Origin: Zancudomyces culisetae HAW-14-8
Taxonomy: Eukaryota > Fungi > Kickxellomycota
Length of the DNA stretch: 64,000 nt
Assembly (NCBI GenBank): GCA_052426225.1
Contig: JBNJNM010000011.1
Span: 4,092,001 to 4,156,000, forward strand
Direction: 5' to 3'
Shown in pieces: positions 23,253 through 35,584 of the stretch. The notes under the pieces were generated by a model that made no database searches, was not told the DNA's origin, and saw nothing but the letters and a program-made list of their open reading frames with translations. A program made the translations under genes and the position numbers. Position 1 is the stretch's first letter; the number at the start of each line of letters is the position of its first letter.

Positions 23253-24932
23253 ATGTTTAGGAGGAATTTCAGAGATAGAGCAAAGTCAGTAAAAATACAT
23301 CTCAAAGTATCCGGACTCCTGATCATTGGTATGTTAAAAAAAGCTCTAGCATCAAGAGTATTCAAAAATGTAAAGCAATTGATATTTACAGACCAAACCG
23401 CCACTATTATTATTGGACTTTTGTTGTTGTACATATGGCAGACAATTAAACAAACAGCAGAAAACAGAACCAAGACAACAGTAAACGATACTGTTGTTGC
23501 AAGTGGTCTTTTGTTGCTTGTGGGAGGGATTTATATTAAAAAACTCGTAAATGCAGTCAAGGAAAGGATAAAAGAGAGAGCAGTCGCATACGGGCTACAA
23601 GAATTGCACCCAGAAGAAATAGAAGTTAAAAATGATTTATTTTATGATTTACACGAGCGGGAAGATAGTCTAGCCAAAAAGGCGTATAGAAGCACAAAGC
23701 ATAAAGACTTGACAGTAGTTGGAGGGGAATTTTACGCAGAGTATGTGACGTACTCTGGCGATATACTAAATGTATCCAAAGGACATCAAAGGAGAACAAT
23801 GATATATTACAGCGTGCTAGGAGATTCAAATGAAATAGTCAACCAATACCAGAGACTATTTCTGCATTACATGTCAACCAACAAGTTGAAGGAGAATATA
23901 AACCTATCTATAGGTCATATGGAGAGGCTAACTGAGCAACTAGTAGAGGCTAGAGGTAAAAAGGGTCCAGATGGTAGTATATTGCTACACAGTCTACAAG
24001 AATACTTAGGCGTTGTTGCTGCACTGGCGCTGCAATTAAGGTTTTTTGATTTAGATACATTCAAAATAAGGGTTATGAAAAGATCAATGATAAAACTGGG
24101 AGAAGAGAAAAAATTCGAACCCTTAGCTAACTACATTCTACATATCCCCCATCTTTTCGGCTTTACAGGGGATAATTATTTACCAAAGTATCTTGAAGTA
24201 GAGATTAAGAGAAGGAGACAGCTATCAGAAAGGAACGAGCAATACGATATAGTACAGTTTATCCTTGACAATCCCTGTCTATTTGACCTGAACAAAATTG
24301 AAAGTATAGGATACATTCTCTCATTACTCATACATTCGGGTACAACGCTTTTGAAAGTGTACCTAAACAAAGTATTTCTAGATATAGCACTAACCCCAGG
24401 TGTATATGAACACCTATATCAGGAACAATGTCACATAATAGAGGAGCATGGGAAGAAAATTGAGCTTGACATCCTAGATAAAATGGAAATCCTAGACAGT
24501 ACTATCCTAGAAAGTATACGACTAAGCTCGCATCAAGAATGGTTAGTAAGGTATTTAAACAAAGACTTTGTGCTTTCAAATGGAGTAAGCCTACATAAAG
24601 GAACTTATGTCTCTTTTGATATGCTTGGCCACACCCATAACGAAAAGATCTTTGGCAAGGATCCAGGAAAATTTAACTACAAACGGTTTGTGCGCTCTGG
24701 ACCCATGCACCAACCTCTTGGAGATGTTTCTGCCAGAAATCTTCTCTGGGGAGTAGGTCCTAGAATGTGTATGGGTAAAGACTATTCAATAGCCATTATG
24801 AAGTTGATTCTTTCCATCCACATCAGAAAATATGCTATAAAACCTGCTTTTCTGGGTCACAAGGAAGGAGATACCATTCATACATTCAAAATCGACAAAA
24901 AACCATCATTTGTCTATTTTATTCCACAATGA
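23253..24932 (+). CDS. Cytochrome P450, divergent, intronless
   Basis: ExxR (ESIRL), LHKGTYV, PERF-equivalent PGKFNYKRF, heme motif WGVGPRMCMG, N-terminal hydrophobic segments. Confidence 0.9.
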   Translation: MFRRNFRDRAKSVKIHLKVSGLLIIGMLKKALASRVFKNVKQLIFTDQTATIIIGLLLLYIWQTIKQTAENRTKTTVNDTVVASGLLLLVGGIYIKKLVNAVKERIKERAVAYGLQELHPEEIEVKNDLFYDLHEREDSLAKKAYRSTKHKDLTVVGGEFYAEYVTYSGDILNVSKGHQRRTMIYYSVLGDSNEIVNQYQRLFLHYMSTNKLKENINLSIGHMERLTEQLVEARGKKGPDGSILLHSLQEYLGVVAALALQLRFFDLDTFKIRVMKRSMIKLGEEKKFEPLANYILHIPHLFGFTGDNYLPKYLEVEIKRRRQLSERNEQYDIVQFILDNPCLFDLNKIESIGYILSLLIHSGTTLLKVYLNKVFLDIALTPGVYEHLYQEQCHIIEEHGKKIELDILDKMEILDSTILESIRLSSHQEWLVRYLNKDFVLSNGVSLHKGTYVSFDMLGHTHNEKIFGKDPGKFNYKRFVRSGPMHQPLGDVSARNLLWGVGPRMCMGKDYSIAIMKLILSIHIRKYAIKPAFLGHKEGDTIHTFKIDKKPSFVYFIPQ

Positions 24933-25703
24933 CGAGTCTCGGTTGAGTCGAGAAGATCGTGAAATTGTATGTATTACAAGTATCTTTATTTAGATAAAGG
25001 TGTTGATGGTGCCCCCAAGTACAGTTTAATTGTTTTAGCTATACTCGTTTATTTTGTCTACTGTTTTGTTTATTGCGCTGCTACCTGGCAAACACAATAT
25101 GTAGTTATTTTGGAAAAATATTTCCTTTACACACTGTTAGTAAATAGATCCGCTACTGGTATGTCAAGTGTAACCCTCAGCGCGTAAACTCGAACTTAAT
25201 GAAAACGTGTTGCTTGCTAGATATTATATTTGACTTGGGGGGAGGGTGGGCTTTTGTGGAGTGGTGGTAGGGTTTTTCTTTGACCAGTTTAAGCGATGTG
25301 TGATCGAATTAACCATTTAAACATAGCACCATTTTTGCTCATACCCTCCCCCAAAATTCATAATTTTTTAACCACTACTTGGTTTACCGAACCAAAGCTT
25401 AAGCCACAGCTGACGATCCGAAAGCATGCAAGCACACAAGCACACAAACTCACTCGGCTCTTTTCTATTTAATGCCCCCCACCATATGAACTATTACCAG
25501 ATGCTGATGTTTACATTGGGCAGAGTGATAAATGAAACTAACGAATGTTTTATGTTGGATTAGACTTTTCGTAAAAACTCACAGGAACATTGAAATATAT
25601 GTATTATATGTATTTCCAAAAGTATAGATAAAGAAATGAACCAATGGTTAAAAGTGTGATAAATATGGGGGAAAAGGAAAGATAACTAGCAGCCTATATA
25701 TTA

Positions 25704-26853
25704 TTAATTGTTGGCTCCAGTATGCACCTCGGAGGAGATACCCTCTTCTTCATTAGGCTTAGCTCCCTCCTCGGTATCTTGCATATCAGAGGTCCAAAGC
25801 GTTAGATTATCTCTAAGAAGCTGCATAATAAGAGTAGAGTCCTTATATGTATCTTCAGATAAGTTTTCGAGTTCGGCGATAGCATCATCAAAGGCTTTCT
25901 TGGCAAGGTGACAAGCACTGTCCGGTGCATTCATAATCTCGTAGTAGAAAACAGAAAAATTCAAAGCCAATCCCAACCGGATAGGATTTGTGGGCTTAAG
26001 CTCGTTAAAAGCTACTTCGGAGGCCTTTTTGTAAGCTTCCAAAGACTTGTTTGATGAGGCATCACGCTCATTGCCAGATTGAAATTCAGCAAGATAGCGA
26101 TAATAATCACCTTGCCTATATTATTCATAATTTTTTAAAAATCGACTTTTTCAACACTGGTATCAAGAAACTCTAAAACAAAAACAAAACTAATGGGAAA
26201 AAAACAACTGAGAGTGTGACTTACATCTTAAGATAGAATACTTGTGAATCTGCATCCGAGGCCCTTGGGATAAGATAGCTACCGAGGATACTCAAAACGT
26301 CATCGCAAATTTCTTTTAGCTCTTTTTCAATCCTACCACGGTAAACCACAGATAGCTCCCGCCTCTTAGGATTTTCACCTTCTTTTTGCTCAATAGAGGA
26401 CACGATGCGCCATGAGGCTCTGCGAGCACCGATAACATTTTTATATGCAACGGACAGCAGATTTCGCTCTTCGATTGTCAGTTCTTTATCTTCCATGGTG
26501 ACTTTTTTCATGTTTTCAACCATCTCTACAATGTATTAAGTATCTGGTATTAGTATCTGAAAGCTAAAGTAGACTGCATGTTCCTTTTACTCTCTTTTCT
26601 TTTCCTTTCTCTTCCTTTATTTTATTTTACTATTGGTTCACATTTCCCTTTGATAGTCTTAATAATGACCATGGAGCAATAATAAAGTGTCATAATCTCA
26701 GCTTTCACAAAATGTCTTTAATATACAAGTTTCTGTCCCTTGCAATTGCATAAATACTAAATCCTAAAAAATAAAAGTCAGTATATACCCACCTTCATAA
26801 CGCTCAGCCTGCTCCGAGAGCTTGGCCAAGTAGACGTGATCTTCTCGCTCCAT
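25704..26853 (-). CDS. 14-3-3 protein; exons 26853-26793, 26525-26225, 26115-25704
   Basis: Spliced product [89 protein letters not shown]-type C-terminus ([19 protein letters not shown]); two GT-AG introns in phase. Confidence 0.97.
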
Positions 26854-29341
26854 CTTTCTTGAATTATTGCTATATTCACTATTTCTAGACTAAAATTGTT
26901 TTCTTTTTAAAAAAAACGTATTTAAATAAATGGCTTTTGGTACAAAAGTTGACCCCCTTTATTTTCTAAACTAATGCAACTAATGTAGTTTGTAACTAAA
27001 ATTGCCATGTTTTGATTTCCGTCTTTATTTGTTTTCTACTTCGGCCTTCCCATGTTTATTTTTTGCTTCTTATTTTAATTTTAATTTACCCAGTTTTGAA
27101 CCACATTTGAATGCAATGCAGCCCAAATTTGCCGTATATTTGCTAATTTAGCCTTTGTAAAAAAAAACGTAAAAACCAAGAAATCTGTAGATCATGTTAT
27201 TGGCTAAAAAAGCTCGAGTCTATTGACTAACCACATCATCAAAATTTTGAACGCCTTTGTTCATTTTCGTGGATTTGAATTTAGTTTTTCACCACATTTA
27301 GTCTTTTCATTTGCGCTTTTTCTATTTTGGCTTTGTATTATCAAAACGATATTTACCTTAGTAAACACCTATGACAACAATTTAGTTTTATTAAGCAATA
27401 GCAAAAGCACACCGAAGTTGGTTTATATAGGCTAGCCATTCCTATTACTTTTTTTTCCCAAGCACAGCGTGCTAGTGCGGTACCACTAATTTTTGGTAGC
27501 GCGATGGTGTTATCTTCTTGATACCACCAGATTCAAACCAAACCACTTATCAGTTTATTTAGCTTGGTTTTTCAAGTATTAATTTTGCTTAACACACATC
27601 TATTATCTATTGGTAGCCATTATGGTATATACTGGACACCAACTGACAATGTTTACCGTAGTTATACTTTGGCTATTAGTGCTGTTTTTTTATCCAAGCT
27701 AAAAATAATATAATAGCCGAGAAAATGAAGAATTAAAGGCGCAGGTCTGTCTTTTGTACTGCGCTTTGAAAGAACGTATTGCCATTTTGCTCGTCAAATA
27801 ATGCCATTCATACCTGACCACTTTATCATTTCAGCACATTGTAAGCAAAAAACAAACGTAATAGTATTGGGGAAAAGTGAATACAAACTGTTCTTCCGAT
27901 GATATACAAAACATCTGAAAGTTGGGAAAATATCAGAGAGATGTGGAGGGTGAGTATCCCCATTGCTCATATTACGGGCTGTATATCTATTGGTAGGTTA
28001 GCTCTATTGTTACTCCAAATATATAATCGTATTCAGATATTTACGTTCATTTAGTTGCTTACGATCAGAGTTACAAGTATGTTTTACTGGGAATCCGGTT
28101 GATTGTTTGATTAAATTAGACCTTTTAACTGAACTAGCCAAAAATCTCTTAAAAAAAGAGTATGATGAAAGTAAACAAAAGTCTGTGTATAAATATTTTC
28201 TAAAATGATAAGGTTCTCTAGCACGCTCACTCTTTCCTTAGACTTACATTCAGACGAGAAGACAAGAGAAAAGGAAAAAGGTAAGAACAAGTGACTATAG
28301 GAAAACGGCAAACACACCAAGTTGTATGATACTAGTAATGTCACCTAAACTTGTTCAAAATACACATACATGACTCAGCGCTTGCTCCAGCTCTACTGTT
28401 AGATTTTGCTGCAAAGCGCTGTAAAATCTTGGCAATAAACCGTATAATCTCACCCCTTCACCTCTCTTGTCCACCCCCCCTCCCTCACACAGGCTGGACT
28501 GTGATAGTTTCTACGAGGATACATCACATTGTGTTTGGGTTTTTTCTTATGGTAAGCTGGTACACTGGTGGGTAGGCTTTTACATGCGTTTTTTTATCAA
28601 AAGAAACTTATCTTTTACATACACATCCTTAAACCAGCGTCCTGATGGTTGGAGTTCCTAAAGGGGCGAAGGGGGATTTGGTTAGGTAGATATTATGTAG
28701 AACTATTTTTTGTAGTTTTATGTGGTGTTTATCTAGTAAACCCAGTCAAAAAAAATTTACATAAACATGCCTTGCGGGCTGAGCTTTTTTTTTCCCTAGG
28801 ATATTCACAACTTAATAGCCTTTTCCCCCACGAAATTGGTACAAAAAAAAAAGAATCTGAACCACAGAAAAAAAACTTTTTCCTAGCCATATATTTGTAA
28901 CTAGCAAAGAAGAAATCGAACACAAAGCAGGCCAATGTTTTTTGAGCAATTTTGCTCAAAAGAGAAAAAGAAACAACGATTTGACATAAAACAAAAAGAA
29001 ATAAATAGACCAAAAGGCTTACCTGGTGTTATGTGAATATAGGTGGTATATATTCGTACCAGAGATCCGAGTATTTTGTGTTTGTATATGAATTTTTCTA
29101 AAAAGGGGATAAGGCTTTGAGAACAGCTTTATATCACAATAAATACGTCAAAAGAAAAGGTAGGAAAAAAAAGCTAAAGTAACAGAACGTAATATTGGCA
29201 CGGATACCATTGTCTTTTGCTTGCCTACTGGAATTGACATTTTCGGTGTAAGGATCTGCCAAAACGTGTACTTCAGCCAGTGAAAATTGAGAGTGAGGTA
29301 ACTAAGCGTATCCTAAAGGAGATACCTATAGGGGCAAAGAA

Positions 29342-31900
29342 ATGACGAGTGCAGACACCCAGGACGCCGAAAGGCTTGGTACGGGAGGGTTTTTAACGGG
29401 GATGGACAGATGTTTAGAGAAAACATGGAAAGTGAACGATTCCTGTGCCGATGAAGAAGACAGAACTAGGTTTTATTCTAAAAGGACAGAGGTTATCAAG
29501 ATTGCAAACCTGAATGAGCAGCACCCTAAGTGGCAATACAAGGATCTGAATGAGAAACATTCCCTCAAGAAAGGGATTTCTACCTTCGGGATGAGTCCCC
29601 CCAACACTTATTTTGAGGGTAAAATAGCAAGAGAATTGTATTTTCCAGATCTGAAGAATCGCCAATGCGTAGGTAAGTCAAAGGAATGCGTCTATTGTAT
29701 AGTTGTTTTTTTGGAAGGGGGATGAGAGTCGTAGCTCGATTTATTTATGTGTTGAATACTAATGTGTGCTCTATGGAAATTAGAAATGAATCAGTCGATG
29801 ACACTATATCCAAAAAATGACACAAGCGTACGACATAATTTGGATGAGAATTTTACACCGGGATTGGTAAAACAACAGGGATGTGATAATACCACTTTTA
29901 CAAATGTAAATAGTCAGCTAGTAGAGGAAAACACATTGACTGAGAATAAATGCCTAAAATACGCGTATGGGAGTGGTGTGTACAGTCAGATACCCATTCG
30001 CCATTTAATAAATGATGGATACGTGGCGACACAAAATAACGAAGTTAAATACACAAACTCAGGAAATATACAGAACTGTGATAAATATAAAGAGATAAAT
30101 GGGAAATATGAGAATGTAGGTGAAATCTATAGAAGGAGCCTCTACGAAGGAGAGGATGAAAAGGGATATGGCAAAGAAAAAGATAATGCTGTGGGTCAAA
30201 ACATAATAAGTGGTGGTGGTTATGATAGTATTAAAAATAATGATAAGGGTGGAGATTACGCACAGGATGTGGATAACCAAGGTAATACATGTGACGAAGA
30301 TGCCCTAGATAACGAGTGCGAGGAGGAAGAGGAGGAAGAGGAGGATGAGGAGGATGAGGAAGAAGATGACGGGGAGGAAGTGGGGGAAGATGATGGCAAT
30401 AATAATAATGAAGGGGATGGAGATGATGACGATAATGAGGATGAGGATGAGGATAACGAGGACGGTGACGAGGAGGAGGAAGAAGAGGAAGAAGAGGAAG
30501 AAGAGGAAGAAGAGGAAGAAGAGGAAGAGGGGGAAGAGGAGGAGGAGGAGGAAGATGGTGATACTTCTGATGAAGAAAATGAAACGACGGCAGTTGGGAA
30601 AAAGCGTAAACTAGAGATGTCATATCCTAACAGAACCAAAAGGAATAAATTGAATTTCACAGGCAGAAGTACCCTGGGCATACAGGAATTTGAGGAGTTG
30701 GAAAATACTGGTTGTGACGATTTACTAGAGGATGAGTGGGTGCAGCGGCAGCTTGATAAAGCCAACACTGAAATAGGTGACGATGAAAAGCAGGAAATCA
30801 ATGAGTTGATATCGTTTTTTCCGGAGATTAAGGAAAACTATTATCTACTTGGTAAAATAGGCGAGGGAACGTTCAGCACTGTGTATAAAGCAATAGATCT
30901 GAATCATTATGCATATAACAACGAACAGTGGAAGCCAATACTGTATAGCAAGTCAACAGGGTTGAAACAAAGAGAAGCCAGAATAGTGGCTATCAAGAAA
31001 ATATATGTTACCAGCTCTCCAAAAAGAATTGCAAATGAAATTTCTATTTTGAAGGATTTAAGCAACTGCGACAAGGTGGTACCTATAATTACTGCACTGC
31101 GCAAGCAAGATCAAGTGGTGATAGTACTGCCCTACATAAAAAATGACGACTTCCGGAGCTACTACCTGGATATGAACCTTGAGGATATAAAGTATTATTT
31201 CAAATCTCTCTTTTGTGCCTTAGCATATACACACGAGCATGGGATAATTCATCGAGATGTCAAACCTTCCAATTTTCTTTATAGCGTAAAAAAGAGGCAC
31301 GGGGTTCTGGTGGATTTCGGATTGGCTGAGAGGGAGCACGACCAAACTGCCACAAGAGCAGCTTATAACAGACCTCCTCCCAACTTAAACCCTGCCACTG
31401 CTGCCAGAATATACAGGAGTTTCGACGAAAATGGAAATCCTGGCATTCCTCGTAAAGACGGTAGAACAAGCATTCGTGCAAACCGCGCAGGAACACGTGG
31501 ATTTAGGGCACCTGAAGTTCTGTTTAAGGTCACAAACCAGACTGTAGCTATTGACATTTGGTCTGCGGGTGTGATTCTGCTATGTCTTTTGACAAAGAGG
31601 TTTCCCTTCTTTCAAAGCACGGATGACACTGAAGCTTTACTTGAAATTAGTGTTTTATTTGGCAAAATTCAGATGGAAAGGTTGGCTTCTGAACTAAATA
31701 GAACCTTTTTAACCAATGTTCCCACAGTTAAGGACAAGGGTATTAGATTTGAAGCTCTTGTTAAAGCGTATAGCCAAGATGCCTGGACTGAGCTTGATAC
31801 TACTTCGATTTTTGATTTACTGAAAAAATGTTTAACTTTAAACCCCACCAGAAGGATTTCTGCTGCCGATGCTCTACTCCATCCCTTCTTGGCATCTTAG
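29342..31900 (+). CDS. CDC7: Cdc7/Hsk1 (DDK catalytic subunit) kinase; exons 29342-29672 and 29784-31900
   Basis: KIGEGTFSTVYKA, VAIKKIYVTSSPKRI, HRDVKPSNFL, LVDFGLA, RANRAGTRGFRAPEVL, RFPFF are Cdc7 signatures. Intron 29673-29783 (GTAAGT, TACTAAT branch, TAG) joins the two ORFs in frame. Confidence 0.92.
30320..30556 (+). repeat. GAR/GAY triplet expansion encoding an about 80-aa E/D tract in Cdc7, including tandem GAAGAGGAA units
   Basis: Directly visible; it also explains the overlapping poly-S, poly-P and poly-RK shadow ORFs. Confidence 0.9.
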
Positions 31901-32332
31901 TGTATTGGTTGGTTATCTTACACCTTTTTCATTTTTTCATTTTCCCTCTTTTTTTTCTATTCATGCTGTATTTATAAGTTGTACTGATCCAACACAATAC
32001 ACTTTGCCCTTTACCACGACTATATTTCTGAAATTTATTTTTTCAGTATCATTACGTTTCTCTTTATCGGATTTTGCATACCAAATAATAAAAGAACACG
32101 ATTAATCGACTATAAATAGCATACCACACTTTTAGGGTTAATACTACACTCGAGCATCAATTTACAAGTTTAAAATACGTGTGGGTAACTAAGTGTTATT
32201 GTGGAAATTTCAGTTTATTTTTTTTAATTAATGACTAAAGCACTTATAAACGTAATATATATATATTTATATATATACTAGAGCCGGGCTAAAGCGAATT
32301 GACTGCATTTAGGGCGAAATATGATAAAATAT

Positions 32333-32809
32333 TCACGCTTTGATTGGAATTGCTTCCAATACCATTGATCCGGCCTCATTTGTGAGAATGGCTTGGTATG
32401 CCTTGTACTTGTTCATCATTTTATGCATCTCATCCATCTCTGAATACCAATCAAGCTTGGCAACAGGTCTTTTCTGTGTATACTGAACTGTGCAAGAGTA
32501 GACCCATTTGGAATTTGTGTTTGGATTTGTATATATTTCAAATTTAGGATGAACCTGTGTGTTTACGAACTCGGAAGATGGGAGAAAAATGGATTTCCAT
32601 ACCGATTTAGCATCCTCTGGTATTGGTTTGAAGTTTGCAGCTTGATAACTCACTCTAAATTTGCAATCATACCCTTTTGCACACCGTTGAGAGGTACATT
32701 CAGCCCATCCATTGCCGTTATCCTCGCAGATGATTTCGGCCCCAACAAATAAGAGAGCCAGGATAAATGTGGTAGTAATACCAATGCTATTCTTCGAAAG
32801 TATTTTCAT
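32333..32809 (-). CDS. Small putatively secreted Cys-containing protein of unknown function (158 aa)
   Basis: ATG in A-rich context, signal-peptide-like MKILSKNSIGITTTFILALLFVGA, five Cys, globular composition. No family recognised. Confidence 0.7.
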   Translation of the reverse strand: MKILSKNSIGITTTFILALLFVGAEIICEDNGNGWAECTSQRCAKGYDCKFRVSYQAANFKPIPEDAKSVWKSIFLPSSEFVNTQVHPKFEIYTNPNTNSKWVYSCTVQYTQKRPVAKLDWYSEMDEMHKMMNKYKAYQAILTNEAGSMVLEAIPIKA

Positions 32810-35046
32810 CTGTATCCTTTTTTTTTATTTACTTGAAATATAGACAGCTGTAATGTTTAGAAATGCAATTCGGTTAAATTTCACTCCTGAGCTGATAACA
32901 CTATGGTTTTTACTGAGTTATGCAAAAGTCTTTTCGAAAATGCCACCTGAATCGCTCTTAGTTTAAGAACTACAAACGGCCAGATACTTTATATATATAT
33001 GTACACAAAGTGCTTGAAAACCTAGACCCTATAGAACAAATGATCGCTGAAACAGATCTGTCATTAAAAACTCTATAGTGTGAGGATTCAAGTACGAAAC
33101 AAAAATAAGATACGTCTTTGCAGAGTAAAAGATAGGTATGGTAGCACTTTTGTAGATTTCTATGGGCTAATTTCAAAATCTTGCTTTTTATTGCACCTTC
33201 ATTGTGCTACTTTGGCTTTACTACCTGTATTTACTTGGATAGTTGTATATAAAAGCCTGTTATTACCGCCACAAGAAACCTCTACCTATACCAAAAGACG
33301 ATAAATGTAATAAATTTTCCTACCCTTGACACCACTAACAACATCCCCTTTCACCGCCTTTACCCCCCCTCCCCCCCCTCCCTAACCACAATATAACTAC
33401 CCGAATCTGGGTATTTAATTACGTAAAAAATATTTTCACCAGACATCAAATGTCCTCCACATCGCTTCCCTACATACAATCATGTTCTTGTCCTCTATTT
33501 GCATCTACTCGGTAAATTAGGATCTTTCCCCGTTATACTCAATAATAAACAGGTTTATTGAAAATGGACAAATACCCCTAACCACTATAAACCTTGTACT
33601 CACCTTTTGAATAAAAACAACAGTTATGATTTAGGCCCATTCTACTTTTCATTATAAATTCTTACACCAAGCAGGACGAGGTTATGTTATCTTTGTATAT
33701 ATATATTGCATTACAAATGTAATAAAAACATATTACCAAAAATATGTAGCAGGAAATTAACTGGTATTCCCTTTTGAATACGTGGATGTTATGGAAAGCT
33801 CTTGAATTGTAAAGAAAAACATTCCGCCTACTGTATTCCGTCTTCAGGTCCCCCCCCCCTCTCTCTTCCTAAACGATACGAATTAATAATTTACACGCTC
33901 ATCTCATCCCTTTGAGCAAGCATACCTGATAAAAGCATGTCATATTGAAGATGACTTTCTCGCAAGCTATTTATGAAAAACATCTGATTCTCAGCTCACA
34001 TCGATAGTATAAGACTGCCCTAATAGAAATAAAATAACACAAAAGTTGAGACAATGTACAAAAACCACACAGTTATTCATATTTCTCTGTACATAACCTA
34101 TGGTTATGATCCAATGTAAAGCTACAGGCTCGAATTCCAAGCCCTCTTATGATTCAATGGCTATTAAACATGTCTATTTGATCAGATGCTCTTAGTGTTT
34201 ATAAACGGGTATTGGATGATTCAAAAATGGGCAAATATAAACAGTAAGATCCTCCGTACCTCACAGATTCCTGTATTTTACATTGTACTTTTTTATATCT
34301 TGAGCTACCAGATTGACTGGGGTATCTTCAAATTCATACTTCAAACAACCTTGTTAAAACTTATTCTGGTTAATGCACTTTCCCCATCCCAAAGCACTAC
34401 CAGTTTTGTTGATTGCTGGAAACAATTCTCGCCTGTTATTGCTTTAGGATACCACCTCTTATAGCCAGAGTTAATGTATGCTAAAAGGCCGATTAGAGGT
34501 ACATTGCCTTTTTACAGCTGGAAAGATAATACATTTTGTAAAAAGTATTATTCCCATATCTATATCAAACTTTACACCCATCTCCTTGAATTATTTAGAT
34601 TTTGCAAATAAACACCGTCCCACCAAAACCGCACGTTATTTTCCCTTTCTTTTTAAAAGCTTTTGTACTTGGGACTATACCTAATGGCCGCTTAGATGTT
34701 TCTCCCACATTAAACTTTTTTTAAAAAAAATGTATTTTGTATGGTTCTTTGACTGTATCCAGCATTAACAATCTCTCACATCTTGTGCTTCCCTAACTTA
34801 TTCTCTGATTCCCAAATCCAGCAAGCTTTTTTTTGTACTATTTTGAAAGCAGCAATTTAAAGTTTGTTGTGTAGATTTCAATTTGCTGCAAAATAAAAAG
34901 GCTGATTCTCAACAATCCAATGCGATAGGTGAATGAGTTAATTGATACAACCCCTTCCCCTCCTCCCAAAAAATTGTTTTAACTTTTATTTAAAACAAGT
35001 GCCTTAGAACTACAACAGTATTCTGTAAACTTTACTAGATATTAAA

Positions 35047-35584
35047 ATGGAATTTGAATCAAAGGATTTCATGGATGAGAATTTATGTTCTACATCACTC
35101 GAAGAAATCGAGAAGCAAATTGATAGATTGACGTGCCTGTTGAACGAAGGATTACAAGGAAATAAAGACAAACTATCCAAGGTATGCTATAAACATCATG
35201 TATATTAATGTACTCACATGCTTAAGGCACACTTTTCGAACACCTGAGTAATGTTTGTGAAAATACCGCAATTTAACTATTTCAGGATAGGCTGATATAC
35301 GATAGCTCGTCACAAATGGCGCTTGCAAGTAATAAGGAAACATACAATAGGGTTTTGGATTCGATAGGCTCATTACACAGGCTTATCTACTCCTGCAAGC
35401 AATTAGATGTGGAGCTCGATAAGGCACAGCTTTTTTATCAAAAACTGTAACCACTCAAACCTATATTTACGTAGTACTTTGACGAGTCTGTAGCAGGAAA
35501 AAAAATGCAAATATTTATAACCTATCTTAATTTCTTAGGAAACAATTGTCAGTTTATTTGGATAAACTTGAAGCGATGACCTAA
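35047..35584 (+). CDS. BORCS6/BLOC1S3-like coiled-coil protein, about 113 aa; exons 35047-35181, 35286-35446, 35539-35584
   Basis: Not in the ORF track. Spliced: MEFESKDFMDENLCSTSLEEIEKQIDRLTCLLNEGLQGNKDKLSK-DRLIYDSSSQMALASNKETYNRVLDSIGSLHRLIYSCKQLDVELDKAQLFYQKL-KQLSVYLDKLEAMT. The C-terminal half aligns without gaps to the recalled BORCS6 C-terminal helix pattern (SI..M..L...C..L...L......LE.LEA). Confidence 0.65.

Noticed and set aside
26526-26792. Long 14-3-3 intron 1 as a snoRNA host
   Set aside because: No C/D box pair or H/ACA structure seen; the length is partly due to a purine-rich simple tract.
30231-30801. Long poly-Ser, poly-Pro and poly-Arg/Lys ORFs
   Set aside because: Shadow frames of the Cdc7 acidic triplet repeat. 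The same applies to the antisense poly-S and poly-C ORFs over the Polo-like, ICE2-like and Sir2 genes.
32812-32820. GTATCCTTT, matching the U12 intron donor consensus
   Set aside because: It is antisense to the A-rich start context of the secreted-protein gene, with no plus-strand exon or U12 branch site to go with it.
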